This document shows, piece by piece, positions 32,767 through 43,052 of a DNA stretch of 64,000 nucleotides. The stretch spans positions 128,001 to 192,000 of the forward strand of contig JAVRCJ020000003.1 in assembly GCA_034530875.2 (NCBI GenBank), read 5' to 3'. This DNA is from Nostoc sp. DedSLP01. Lineage in GTDB: Bacteria > Cyanobacteriota > Cyanobacteriia > Cyanobacteriales > Nostocaceae. The position numbers and the translations under genes were made by a program. The first letter of the stretch is position 1; every line of letters starts with the position of its first letter. The notes under the pieces are model-generated. The model had not been told where the DNA came from and searched no databases. It worked only from the letters and a program-made list of their open reading frames with translations.

Positions 32767-33603
32767 ATGCAGTCAAATTTTGCAAACAATAGACTAAAGC
32801 AGATAGTGAAAGCTTTTGCTATTTTGCTACTGCTTTCTCCCTTGTATTTACAAAATCCAGTAGAAGCACAACCACAGCAAAATACCAAACTTCTACCATT
32901 TTTTGATAATGTAGATAATCCGGTTCCTGTTCGTTTTCCTTCAGAACAACAGTTAGATATCACACCGCCACAACCGCAGTTAAATTCTTTTGACCAAGCT
33001 GTATTAAAAATTTGTGGCTCTATTGGTACGAAAGTTAATGCTAATAGTTTTAAACAGTTATTATCTTCTTATCCAGATGTCTTACAGAAAGTTCAGCAAG
33101 CTAGTGGTGGCGAACTACTTCCTGGACGTAAGAAGAAAGCACAATTTTTGGATGATTTAACTAATATTTGGTTTAAACGTCGCGGGTTTGAACATATCTT
33201 TTGTGGCGAAATTTATAATCCTAATGATATTGGCGGTTTACATTTTTATGGTAGATATTTACAGTTACAAAATGAAGGCATAGGCGGACGGCTACCGAAT
33301 AATCAAGGGCGGGAGGAAGTTGTTCCTGGGGTAATTTATACAATGGGTGTGATAATTAAACAGAAAAATCGTACAGTCACAGATGTCATCAAAGGCTATG
33401 GCTATCTCAGCAATGCAGAAGAAATGCTTTTAGATGCTACTAAAATATTTAAACTTCAAGGAAATAAAGAGGGAGCGTGTATTTATAATGTAAGCGATCG
33501 CGAAACTGGTAAATCCTTTCCTACAGTTTTTGTCAGAGAACAAAAAGCAATTATTACTTATTATCCTGATGCTACTCCTCAGGGTGCAAAATGTAAAAAT
33601 TGA
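32767..33603 (+). CDS. Exported EndoU-family ribonuclease
   Basis: Signal peptide ending VEA; GFEHIFCGE and IGGLH motifs with the two EndoU histidines; C-terminal ITYYP. Confidence 0.8.
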   Translation: MQSNFANNRLKQIVKAFAILLLLSPLYLQNPVEAQPQQNTKLLPFFDNVDNPVPVRFPSEQQLDITPPQPQLNSFDQAVLKICGSIGTKVNANSFKQLLSSYPDVLQKVQQASGGELLPGRKKKAQFLDDLTNIWFKRRGFEHIFCGEIYNPNDIGGLHFYGRYLQLQNEGIGGRLPNNQGREEVVPGVIYTMGVIIKQKNRTVTDVIKGYGYLSNAEEMLLDATKIFKLQGNKEGACIYNVSDRETGKSFPTVFVREQKAIITYYPDATPQGAKCKN

Positions 33604-33673
33604 ATTAGAGATGGGACGAAATCAATCCTAAGCCATTAGCCCTCTATATTAAAATCTATCTGGGATAAGTACG

Positions 33674-34222
33674 ATGATATTAGAAACAAATCGCTTGCTA
33701 ATGCGTGAGTTTATAGATACAGATTGGCAGGCAGTTTTTGCTTATCAATCTGACCCTTTATACTTACTTTATACTGACTGGACGCATCGTACAGAAAATG
33801 ATGTTTGCGAGTTTGTCCAAATGTTTATTAATCAGCAAAAAGAGGAACCAAGGACAAAATTTCAGTTAGCTGTCGTTCTCAAAGAAGAAAATCGGCTAAT
33901 TGGCAATTGTGGTATTCGCGTCAACGACCTAGAACTAAAAGAAGCAAATATCGGTTATGAAATAAACTCTCAGTATTGGGGACAAGGTTATGCAACAGAA
34001 ACAGCACAGGCAATTTTAAAGTTCGGCTTTGACAAGTTGGGAATGCATCGTATTTGGGCATGGTGTGTTACCGAAAATATCGGCTCTGTAAGAGTATTAG
34101 AAAAAATTGGGATGCATCGTGAAGGTCATCTAGGAGAAAAAGAGTTAATTAAAGGTAGATGGTATGACAATTTTATTTACGCTATCCTTGAATCGGAATG
34201 GAAAATCTCACTCAATAATTAA
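33674..34222 (+). CDS. GNAT N-acetyltransferase (RimJ/RimL type)
   Basis: LETNRLLMR, IGY...YWGQGYATE, N.GSVRVLEKIGM. Confidence 0.93.
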   Translation: MILETNRLLMREFIDTDWQAVFAYQSDPLYLLYTDWTHRTENDVCEFVQMFINQQKEEPRTKFQLAVVLKEENRLIGNCGIRVNDLELKEANIGYEINSQYWGQGYATETAQAILKFGFDKLGMHRIWAWCVTENIGSVRVLEKIGMHREGHLGEKELIKGRWYDNFIYAILESEWKISLNN

Positions 34223-34231
34223 ACGCAATTA

Positions 34232-34927
34232 CTAGATTGCACCAGAAGCAATCGCATCTAATTTTTTCGCATCAAGTATTGTAATCTTTCCACCCCGACT
34301 ATAATTAATTACTGACTTAAGACTTTTAATTAACCGCACGCATTCTTCGTAAGTAATGCCGCTACTCCGAGCTATACGGTAATAAGATAATCTGACTTTT
34401 AGACACTCTCCCTGTGGAGTTAAATCAGTTCCTGATTCAGTAGCAAAATATTGAATTAATCTCGCAATACGAACAATAGCTCTTTCAGAAACTAATCCGT
34501 GGACTGTTTCATGTAATTGCTGAATCCGATTATTAAAAACCATCAACATTCGTAATGCGATTTCGGGATTTTTCTGAATAGCTTTTAATAAAGCATCTCG
34601 CTCTACTGTCAAAATCTCACAATCAGATTCAGCCGTCACAGTTGCCGGAGAAATGCCATTTCCTAACAAAGCAGGAGCAGCAAAAATTTCTCCAGCAGCT
34701 AGAACGCGGAAAATCGTTTCTTTCCCAGTTGTTGCTGTTTTGCTAACTTGAATCGATCCACTGACAACAGCATACAGTTTGGCTGGTAAGCGATCGCCTT
34801 CATGCAGAATAATTTCTCCTTTGTAATAGCGATGCACCTGAGTGTAAGGTTGCAAAGTTACTGTGTCTGCTATTTCCAAACCTGCAAACACAGTAATTTG
34901 TAAAAGTTGTTCCACCGATGCCTGCAT
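34232..34927 (-). CDS. Crp/Fnr-family transcriptional regulator
   Basis: cNMP-binding domain (KGEIILHEGD, GKETIFRVLAAGEIF, PATVTA) and C-terminal HTH; ATG 34927 lies 2 nt after the amidase stop. Confidence 0.88.
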   Translation of the reverse strand: MQASVEQLLQITVFAGLEIADTVTLQPYTQVHRYYKGEIILHEGDRLPAKLYAVVSGSIQVSKTATTGKETIFRVLAAGEIFAAPALLGNGISPATVTAESDCEILTVERDALLKAIQKNPEIALRMLMVFNNRIQQLHETVHGLVSERAIVRIARLIQYFATESGTDLTPQGECLKVRLSYYRIARSSGITYEECVRLIKSLKSVINYSRGGKITILDAKKLDAIASGAI

Positions 34928-34929
34928 AA

Positions 34930-36333
34930 TTAGCCTGATATTGCAAAGGCTGGACGATGCCCAATCCAAGGTTTAGCTGCTTCTATTTGTGCTGCAAGGC
35001 TGATAAGTGTTGCTTCAGCCGCAGGTTTGCCAATTAGCTGCACGCTGATGGGTAAACCATTATTATCAAATCCTACAGGAATTGCGATCGCTGGTTGTCC
35101 AGTTGCATTGGCAGGAGGACAAGGGGCAACCCATTGCACGATATTTTGAAATGTCTCTTCTGGACTCAAATCAGCCCATTCTCCAACACGGATGGGCGAA
35201 TGTAAATAAACTGGTAATACCAGCACATCCACGGTATCGAAAAACGCCACAATTTGCCGTGCCACTATCTGCATTTTGGCAACTGCTTGCAAATACTCAG
35301 CGACGGAACCCGTGCGGGCAAATAGCCAGCGATTCAACGACTGTAAAGCTTCAACGGGAAGTCCTGAGGCAGCTACCCCAGCTTGCCAGACGATTTGAAA
35401 TGGTTCAACTAAACCACTGAAATCTGGAGATTTCTGTTCGACTTGATGGCCTAGTTCTTCTAATAACTTGACTGTTTCGCAGACACCTTGCTGACAGTTG
35501 GCGTCAGCTTCTCCCAAAGGGCTGATGCTAGTGTCAAAGGCAATTCGCAAAGTGTCAGGTTTCGTTTTGCTGGCGGCCAGAAATGGTATTTCGGGATCTG
35601 GTAACCAGTAAGGATCGCCTGTGACATAGCCAGATATGACATCTAAAAGGGCAGCAGCATCACCTACAGTCCTAGCTATCGGGCCGTTGACGGCAATTCC
35701 GGCGAGGCGTTCGCCTACGGGTGCTTTACTCACCCTACCTCGTGAGGGTTTCAGCCCCACCAAACCACAACAAGCCGCAGGGCCTCGAATCGAACCGCCA
35801 CCATCAGAACCTTGGGCAATGGCACATAATCCTGCTGCTACCGCCGCCGCCGCACCACCACTAGAACCACCAGGAGTATATTCTAAATTCCACGGATTTC
35901 TCGCTGGCGGAAAGCCCGTAGGTTCGCTGTAAGGGAATGAGCCTAATTCGGAAGTAGCAGTTTTACCGAGAATCGTAAACCCAGCTTGCTTAATCCGGGT
36001 GACAACGCCATCATCATAGTCAGGGACATTATTTATTAATGCTGGATTTCCATAAGTACACGTAACACCTGATAAAGCATTTAAGTCTTTAATGGAAATC
36101 GGCACGCCAAAAAATGGCGGTAGTTGTGAGGTAGTTGTCAATAATTCTGTTTTGGCTTTGGCATCTGCGATCGCCATTTCTGCCGTAACTGTAAAATAAC
36201 TCCCTAATTGCGGATTTAACTGGCTAATCCGTTCTAAATATATTTCTACTAATTCTAGCGGTGATACTTCCCGCCGACGGATTAATTCGGCTAACTCTAG
36301 TACTGGAGTAAATGCTAAATCAACTTTATTCAT
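34930..36333 (-). CDS. Amidase signature family enzyme
   Basis: GVPISIKD, PGGSSGG, GSDGGGSIRGPA. Confidence 0.95.
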   Translation of the reverse strand: MNKVDLAFTPVLELAELIRRREVSPLELVEIYLERISQLNPQLGSYFTVTAEMAIADAKAKTELLTTTSQLPPFFGVPISIKDLNALSGVTCTYGNPALINNVPDYDDGVVTRIKQAGFTILGKTATSELGSFPYSEPTGFPPARNPWNLEYTPGGSSGGAAAAVAAGLCAIAQGSDGGGSIRGPAACCGLVGLKPSRGRVSKAPVGERLAGIAVNGPIARTVGDAAALLDVISGYVTGDPYWLPDPEIPFLAASKTKPDTLRIAFDTSISPLGEADANCQQGVCETVKLLEELGHQVEQKSPDFSGLVEPFQIVWQAGVAASGLPVEALQSLNRWLFARTGSVAEYLQAVAKMQIVARQIVAFFDTVDVLVLPVYLHSPIRVGEWADLSPEETFQNIVQWVAPCPPANATGQPAIAIPVGFDNNGLPISVQLIGKPAAEATLISLAAQIEAAKPWIGHRPAFAISG

Positions 36334-36541
36334 AGGTTAGTGAAAGGGTCATTTTCTCTTTCTCTAGGATTTTTAAACTGAAATTGTTACTTTAGCAGGA
36401 TTTAAGGGAAATATAAATTCTATAGTTACTAAAATTTGTCATTCATTTAGGATAGTCAGATGCAATAAGCGTGGTTATGTTCATACTCCTGTCATTTTCA
36501 TTGTTTCGCATATACTTTCGACAAATCCCTAAGGGGTATTT

Positions 36542-38005
36542 ATGACTAACCTAGAATTGCTTGTTAGCGATCTACCAAAATTGATTGGGAATCTCAAGCT
36601 TACTATTGGGGATTCTCATGAAATCATGCAACAAATTATTCCCATTGATAATACTCAAGAAAAGCTGCGCGAAATTCAAAAGTTAATCCTTCAGGAATTA
36701 CAAGTTAACAACATTAAAAATTCTGCGATCGCTACACTTCCTCGAACTGCTACAGTAGCTAGTTTATTTATTCCTAATATTGGATTAATAGAGCCACCCC
36801 TAGCTGCAAAATTTGGTAACTGGGAAACTCATATTTCTTTGAATGATTTACAAAAAAAAATTGATACTTGGATTGAGTGGGGTTATTTTTTGCAAGCTTT
36901 AGCGGCTGATATTCTCAGTGATATTCCCTTAGTCAATCAACTTAACTCTGATATTAACCATGTCAGTCTACCCCACAAATTTCAAGCGCTCAGAGAAGAT
37001 TTAAAAATTAATTTAGCTGTTAACAATCCTAAAAAATTACAATATCAATTTCAAAAAATCAGTATTTATCAGAAAGATTTATTACAAATACAGCAAAAAA
37101 TTGATTGTATTTTTACTACTATTAAAAATAGTCATAGTTTGTTAAATATTTTATTAGGTGTTTCTGCTTTTTGTGGTAAATCTGGGTTTACCTTGGAATG
37201 GTTAGATGATGACCACGAATTAATTATATCAAGCGATGGTAGATTTCAAGAGTTAACAGATATTTTGAATGAATGCGATTTTTTTCAAGAAGAAATTGCT
37301 GCTTTAATCGTTAAATGTGAAACTTTAATCGAGCAAGCAGAACAAATTTTAATAAAACTCGAGCAGCAAAAAACTAAAAAAATAGTTATTAATAATGAAC
37401 AATTAGAATTTTTACCAAAATTTGCCATCAAAAAAAAAGTAAAAACAGCTTTTATCTTAGCTTCAAGTTTAATAGTTTTAGGTTTCGGTAGTTGGAAAGT
37501 TCAACAGCATAGTCAAAAATTACATAATCTTAACCAAGAAACAAGGGCGATCGCCAATTTAAAATCTGCACAAAAACTTGCTACAGAAGCTGCTTCTTTA
37601 GCTCAAAAACCGCCACATTCTCTGCAAGTCTGGCAGCAAGCAGAAACTAAATGGTATCAAGCAATAAACTTATTAAATAGCATTCCTGCTCAAACCTCAG
37701 TTTACGACCAAGCAAAGAATAAATTAACTTACTACCGAATTAACTATGAAGCTATTAGCCAAAGAGTTTTAATTGAAAAAAAAGCAGTCGCCAACCTAGA
37801 ATTAGCCCATAAGCTAGCAATAGAAGCTACTCTGCTTGTACAAAATTCGCCTTATTCAACCAGAACTCGCCAGCAAGCAAAAGAGAAATGGAAAGAAGCA
37901 ATCAATTTATTAGAAGTTATTCCAGAAAATAGCTATGTTTCTATACAAGCTCAAGAAACGCTTTCTATTTATAAAAATATTTATGCAGCTATTAGAGTCA
38001 GATAA
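36542..38005 (+). CDS. Hypothetical single-pass membrane protein with a duplicated C-terminal helical module
   Basis: TM 'TAFILASSLIVLGFGSW'; two repeats of A.KLA.EA..L.Q.PP...Q.A..KW..AINLL..IP. Confidence 0.75.
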   Translation: MTNLELLVSDLPKLIGNLKLTIGDSHEIMQQIIPIDNTQEKLREIQKLILQELQVNNIKNSAIATLPRTATVASLFIPNIGLIEPPLAAKFGNWETHISLNDLQKKIDTWIEWGYFLQALAADILSDIPLVNQLNSDINHVSLPHKFQALREDLKINLAVNNPKKLQYQFQKISIYQKDLLQIQQKIDCIFTTIKNSHSLLNILLGVSAFCGKSGFTLEWLDDDHELIISSDGRFQELTDILNECDFFQEEIAALIVKCETLIEQAEQILIKLEQQKTKKIVINNEQLEFLPKFAIKKKVKTAFILASSLIVLGFGSWKVQQHSQKLHNLNQETRAIANLKSAQKLATEAASLAQKPPHSLQVWQQAETKWYQAINLLNSIPAQTSVYDQAKNKLTYYRINYEAISQRVLIEKKAVANLELAHKLAIEATLLVQNSPYSTRTRQQAKEKWKEAINLLEVIPENSYVSIQAQETLSIYKNIYAAIRVR

Positions 38006-38275
38006 TCCAAAATTAAAAAAGCATTGGTTCTCAATCTAACCACGAACATGAAATTTCGATACTCATCGAATGACTGATAATTAAGGATTCAGTACAGTGA
38101 TTCTACTAAATTTAATATTTTATTTATATTCTCAGGGGTTTTCCGTAGCGATGCCCAAAATCCTTGCAAATCAAGCTTTTACGATAAATAGTTTGTGTTT
38201 AGCGTATAGCGCTATACATGAAAAATGATCTTTAGAATACTTTTCTGTTCAAGTAAAAACTATATATTTTGCACA

Positions 38276-38476
38276 TCTAGCACAGTAGGAAACGCCGAGG
38301 GGGAGACTAGGTAAAAGGTACAAGGTAAAAAGTACAAAGTAATTAAGGTAAGTTTCCTTCTTCATTTTTGCCAGCTTTCTATCCTTGTGGCGCAAGCATT
38401 TTCCCTGCTCCGTCTCGGCGTTTTGATTTTTCCTTCATCCGTTGCAGCAAGCTCACAACAGCTGCGACGGATTTTT
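38276..38476 (+). ncRNA. Small RNA, probably a PsrR1 (SyR1) homolog
   Basis: Stem 38290-38305/38408-38423, linker TGATTTTTCCTTC, terminator stem 38437-38448/38461-38472 plus Ts; G-U pairs favour the + strand; TATATT at 38263-38268. CTCGGCGTTTTGATTTTTCCTTC resembles the PsrR1 core as I remember it (not verified). Confidence 0.6.
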
Positions 38477-38695
38477 GCTTTCTCTAGTTTCTTAGTTCTC
38501 AACTATTAGTTTTTGCAAACCTTAGTTGGTAACCTAAGTAAATAACTTTATTCTAGTGATTTGTCAATATTTTTGTAAAAATATTTTATGAGATTTATTA
38601 GATTGCAGATGGACAATTGGGCATTGGTCATTAGTCATTAGTTTTCCCCTGCTCCCCCTGCCCCCCCTGCTCCTCTGCCCCTTGTCCCACTATCC

Positions 38696-39979
38696 CTATT
38701 CCTGCGCCCCAGCGTTTTGCAAACACCGCACCACGCTTTGATAACCATTAAATTCTGCGATCGCCAAAGCAGTATAACCGCCGCGGTTTTTTAAATTTAC
38801 GTCTGCTCCGGCTTGGAGTAATAACTCCACAATCTCTGCGTAACCGGCTGAAGCTGCCCACATTAATGCTGTTGCTACTGCTGAGTCTTGAAAATTCACA
38901 TCTGCCCCCTTTGTTAAGAGCATTTGTATCACCTCTGTATGCTGGCGTTCGGTTGCTTTAATCAAAGCACTTTTGCCATCATCTGCTGGAAGATTGGCAT
39001 CAGCGCCATAATCCAGCAATGCTTTCACAGTTGGGACATGCCCTTGTGATGCAGCCAGCGTTAAAGGTGTTTCACCGAGGTTTTTTCCATTAATATCTGC
39101 CCCCGAACGCAACAGCGCTTCAACAATTGGGCTGTGCCCCTGCAATGCTGCTACTAGCAATGGTGTATCACCGAGGTGGTTTCTAATTTGGACATCCGCA
39201 CCTTTGTTGAGCAAGACTTCCACCACATCAACGTGGCCTTCAACAACGGCAAGATGTAAAGCAGTTTCACCATCTTGGTCTTGAAGATTAATCTGGGCAC
39301 CTCGATCTAGTAAAGCAGATGCGATCGCACTGTATCCCGCCGCCACCGCCGCCGATAACGCAGTCGCACCATCGGCATTTTTCGCTTTGACATTAGCCCC
39401 CGCCGCCAGCAACGCTTGCACAACTTCTAGATATCCCGAGTCAGCCGCTAACATTAGCGGTGTTTCGCCCTCTTCATCTGCAATATTGACATCAACACCA
39501 GTTTGGAGAATTGCTTTGATAACTTCTACGTGTCCGTGCTTCATTGCCAGTTTCAAAGCCGTATCATCATCTTTGTCGGCAATATCCACCAACGCACCAG
39601 CAGCTAATAAAGCTCGTACTACATCCAGATGACCTTTAACAACTGCTGCCATTAAAGCTGTGCTGCCATCTTCATTAGTGGCGTTGACATCAGCACCTTT
39701 TGAAACTAAAAGTTGCACAATGTCAAGCTGTTTGGCACTCGCTGCTAACATCAAAGCTGTCAAACCATAGAGTTTTCTTTTTAAATTGATATTAGCCCCA
39801 GCATCCAACAGCGATCGCGCAATTTCGGTGTAGCCTAAATTCGCAGCAAACATCAATGCCGTAGTGCCTTGGCGATCGCACGCATCCACAAAGGCTCCAT
39901 CAGCCAGTAACGCACACAGCCCCTTGATATCCCCATTTTTAGCAGCTTTCAGCAGCAAACTATGCTTGTTTTCAATCAT
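38696..39979 (-). CDS. Ankyrin repeat protein
   Basis: About 13 G.TAL/TPL..A...G...V..LL..GA.VN repeats. Confidence 0.96.
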   Translation of the reverse strand: MIENKHSLLLKAAKNGDIKGLCALLADGAFVDACDRQGTTALMFAANLGYTEIARSLLDAGANINLKRKLYGLTALMLAASAKQLDIVQLLVSKGADVNATNEDGSTALMAAVVKGHLDVVRALLAAGALVDIADKDDDTALKLAMKHGHVEVIKAILQTGVDVNIADEEGETPLMLAADSGYLEVVQALLAAGANVKAKNADGATALSAAVAAGYSAIASALLDRGAQINLQDQDGETALHLAVVEGHVDVVEVLLNKGADVQIRNHLGDTPLLVAALQGHSPIVEALLRSGADINGKNLGETPLTLAASQGHVPTVKALLDYGADANLPADDGKSALIKATERQHTEVIQMLLTKGADVNFQDSAVATALMWAASAGYAEIVELLLQAGADVNLKNRGGYTALAIAEFNGYQSVVRCLQNAGAQE

Positions 39980-40183
39980 CGATGAAGTCCCACCCAGGGA
40001 AGTTTTATTCGTCTACCCTCAAAATTCAGCTTAAGCCAAAACAAGCCCCAACGATTGACTCAACTTTCTACGAAACGCCCAATAAATTGCATTGTGAATT
40101 CTTTTTTAATTTGTGCAACTTTAGGCACAGAAAATAGAATTATGCTAACTTTTATGAAGATTTAATAATTGGGCGAGGACACG

Positions 40184-40654
40184 ATGAGTCTGGAACTTTC
40201 TCCGTCGGTGAAATATTGGCTGAACTTCTTTCATCCAGTGATGATGTGGGCGCTGTTAGTAGTCTCAATATATGCTGCCTATTTGGGGTTGCAAGTACAG
40301 CGCACTAGAAATGCTCAGGGCGAAGAAAAGAAAGAACTAATTAAAGGTAGATATAACGTTAGACATTACCAAATCGGGTCTATACTCCTAGCTTTGATGG
40401 TGGCAGGCGCAATTGGAGGGATGGCTGTCACTTACATCAATAATGGCAAGTTATTTGTAGGGCCTCACCTACTAGCAGGCTTGGGGATGACAGGTCTAAT
40501 TGCATTTTCTGCGGCTTTGTCTCCCTATATGCAAAAAGGAGCAAATTGGGCGCGTGCAACTCACATTTTGTTGAATTTCACGCTTTTAGGGCTTTTTGCT
40601 TGGCAAGCTGTCAGCGGGGTGCAAATTGTCCAAAAAATTCTTACTCAAGCTTAA
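40184..40654 (+). CDS. DUF4079 membrane protein
   Basis: HPVMMW, RHYQIG, GKLFVGPHLLAG, ARATHILLN. Confidence 0.82.
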   Translation: MSLELSPSVKYWLNFFHPVMMWALLVVSIYAAYLGLQVQRTRNAQGEEKKELIKGRYNVRHYQIGSILLALMVAGAIGGMAVTYINNGKLFVGPHLLAGLGMTGLIAFSAALSPYMQKGANWARATHILLNFTLLGLFAWQAVSGVQIVQKILTQA

Positions 40655-40680
40655 TTAAGTAGTCATTTTTCATCTATAAT

Positions 40681-40718
40681 ATTTGTCCTTTGTCATCAAT
40701 CAATGACAAAGGACAAAT
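40681..40718. terminator. Perfect 16-bp hairpin between convergent genes
   Basis: ATTTGTCCTTTGTCAT-CAATCA-ATGACAAAGGACAAAT. Confidence 0.65.
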
Positions 40719-40777
40719 TTTGTTTATGCTTGACCTGTAGTGTGTGAGAAAAACATAAAATCTACAAATCGCTGGAC

Positions 40778-41461
40778 TCACCGTTTTTTCTTGGAATTGG
40801 GAGGAAAGGGTATTTCCAAAGTTTTATGAAAATCTTCTTGGACTTTGCGAGTTAAGCGGCGGGAGACTTGACGGACAATTTGGTTAAGTAAGCGATCGCC
40901 TGTAGATTGAATTAAAGACTTTGGTAATCGCTGAATAAATCTAGGAAAGTGTATGTAAACTACTAAATCTAACTCCCATTCAACTTTTGTCACCTGCTCG
41001 ATACCCGTAGAAACATCACTTGCGGCGTTTTCTGTTAACCTCAGTGATGCTCGGTAATCTACGTCATAACCAGGCGGATGGTAATCGGGAATGGGAATTG
41101 TGCGGATGCGGTAAATACCCTCATCTGGAGGTAATAATTCCAAACCAATTTTCGGTTCTACCTCATAACCAAAAGAACCAAAACGACCAATTACTAGAGC
41201 ATAGCCATTTTCCCCCAACGGTTGCACCGTCATCGGTTCGGCGCAGCGTGAAAACCATAAACTGTGAGAATTTAGATACTCAGCAACTTTGGCTGCTGGA
41301 GCAAACATTTCCATACAGTCTTGATAACGACCGTTAAATTTTGTGAGCGTCGCTACATTCTCTTGTGTTAATGTCTCGTTTGCTTCTTCTGGGCTAGATG
41401 CTACTGGTAAGACTGTTTCTGTGATTTCCAAGGATTGGTATTCGCCGTTTCTTAAAAGCAT
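40778..41461 (-). CDS. DUF1997 family protein
   Basis: WFSRCAEPM, GRFGSFGYEVEPKIGL, LIQSTGDRLLNQIVRQVSRRLT. Confidence 0.8.
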   Translation of the reverse strand: MLLRNGEYQSLEITETVLPVASSPEEANETLTQENVATLTKFNGRYQDCMEMFAPAAKVAEYLNSHSLWFSRCAEPMTVQPLGENGYALVIGRFGSFGYEVEPKIGLELLPPDEGIYRIRTIPIPDYHPPGYDVDYRASLRLTENAASDVSTGIEQVTKVEWELDLVVYIHFPRFIQRLPKSLIQSTGDRLLNQIVRQVSRRLTRKVQEDFHKTLEIPFPPNSKKKR

Positions 41462-41639
41462 AAATACATGACTGTATACTTTGGCGTTTGTCTATATTAA
41501 TGATTCCCTGCTAACTTAGCTCGTTTCGCACAAGTATCCTATTTTGACAGAAACCTCAATAATCTTCCATCAACTCCATAGAATTACTAAAATAAAGAAC
41601 TGAACAAGCACACAATAGTTTCCCAGGATAGCATTTCTC

Positions 41640-42296
41640 ATGAAAGCATTTGTAGCAGGGGCAACAGGTGAAACAGGTCGCCGCATCGTGCAAGAATTGG
41701 TAGCGCGGAATATTCCCGTCCGCGCTCTAGTGCGGGATATAGAAAAAGCTAAGGGTATTGTGTCTCCGGAAGCTGAATTGGTAGTAGGTGACGTGTTACA
41801 ACCAGAAACTCTGACTGCTGCGTTGGGAGATAGCACAGTTGTGTTGGTTGCAACTGGGGCAAAACCTAGCTTTGACCCCACTGGCCCCTATAAAGTCGAT
41901 TTTGAAGGTACGAAAAATTTAGTCGATGCTGCTAAGGCAAAGGGAATTGAGCATTTTGTCTTGGTTTCTTCTTTGTGTACGTCTCAGTTTTTCCATCCAC
42001 TGAATTTGTTTTGGTTGATTTTGGTGTGGAAAAAGCAAGCTGAAGAATACATCCAAAAAAGTGGTCTTACCTATACGATTGTCCGGCCTGGTGGCTTAAA
42101 GAATGAAGATAATACTGACTCCATTGTGATGCAGGGTGCTGATACTCTGTTTGACGGTAGCATTCCTCGGCAAAAAGTCGCCCAGGTTAGCGTCGAAGCG
42201 CTGTTGGAACCAGCCGCGCGTAATAAAATTGTTGAGATTGTTGCTAAACCTGAAGCAGCGTCGAAAAGTTTTGCAGAGCTATTTCAACAGTGTTAG
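41640..42296 (+). CDS. Atypical SDR / NAD(P)H-binding protein (Tic62/Ycf39-like)
   Basis: VAGATGETGRRIV, YTIVRPGGL. Confidence 0.9.
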   Translation: MKAFVAGATGETGRRIVQELVARNIPVRALVRDIEKAKGIVSPEAELVVGDVLQPETLTAALGDSTVVLVATGAKPSFDPTGPYKVDFEGTKNLVDAAKAKGIEHFVLVSSLCTSQFFHPLNLFWLILVWKKQAEEYIQKSGLTYTIVRPGGLKNEDNTDSIVMQGADTLFDGSIPRQKVAQVSVEALLEPAARNKIVEIVAKPEAASKSFAELFQQC

Positions 42297-42486
42297 GTGG
42301 AAAAAGGGAGTAGGGAATGGGGAATAGGGAGTAGGGAAGGAATTTAGAAATTAGAGTTATGGCGATCGCTTTTTGGTCTGAAGGCGATCGCTCTTTATCT
42401 TATTCTGATTAAAAAAAGAATTGCATTATATTTATTTTCTACTCTTTTTTTGAAGAATAATTAAATAAGCAGTAGTTGAGGTAGCT

Positions 42487-43050
42487 ATGTCTGTGCAATT
42501 ACTAAGACGGAAATTCACAGTTGAGCAATATCACAAAATGGTTGATTCGGGGATTCTGAAAGAAGATGACCGAGTGGAATTAATTCGGGGAGACATTATT
42601 GAAATGTCGCCTATTAGTACAAAACATGCTGCTTGTGTCAGGCGATTTAATAATATGTTAGGGCAGCGTTTGGGAAACCGCGTTATACTTTCTGTTCAAA
42701 ATCCCGTAGTTCTGGATAATAACTCAGAACCTCAGCCAGATGTGGCATTACTCAAACCCCGTGATGATTTCTACGCTAATGCACACCCCCAACCCCAGGA
42801 TATTTTTTTATTAATTGAAGTAGCTGATTCAACTATCGAGTATGACCGGGAAGAGAAAATCCCTTTATATGCACAAGCAAACATAATTGAAGTTTGGTTA
42901 GTAGATATTAACGAGAAAATTGTGGAAGTTTATCAACAACCAACAGCCGCAGGATATCAGCTTATGCAAAAGTTCGGTAGCAGTCAAACTTTATCAATTA
43001 AAGCCTTAAGCGATGTGAGTATTACCGTCAATGAAATCCTTGGCAGATAA
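42487..43050 (+). CDS. Uma2-family PD-(D/E)XK endonuclease
   Basis: RVELIRG, EPQPD, LLIEVADST.EYDR..K..LYA, VWLVD. Confidence 0.92.
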   Translation: MSVQLLRRKFTVEQYHKMVDSGILKEDDRVELIRGDIIEMSPISTKHAACVRRFNNMLGQRLGNRVILSVQNPVVLDNNSEPQPDVALLKPRDDFYANAHPQPQDIFLLIEVADSTIEYDREEKIPLYAQANIIEVWLVDINEKIVEVYQQPTAAGYQLMQKFGSSQTLSIKALSDVSITVNEILGR

Positions 43051-43052
43051 AA

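Noticed and set aside
42487..43050. Uma2 nuclease as effector of the NLR-like locus
   Set aside because: Convergent orientation, and Uma2 genes are numerous and scattered in cyanobacteria, so adjacency alone is not evidence.
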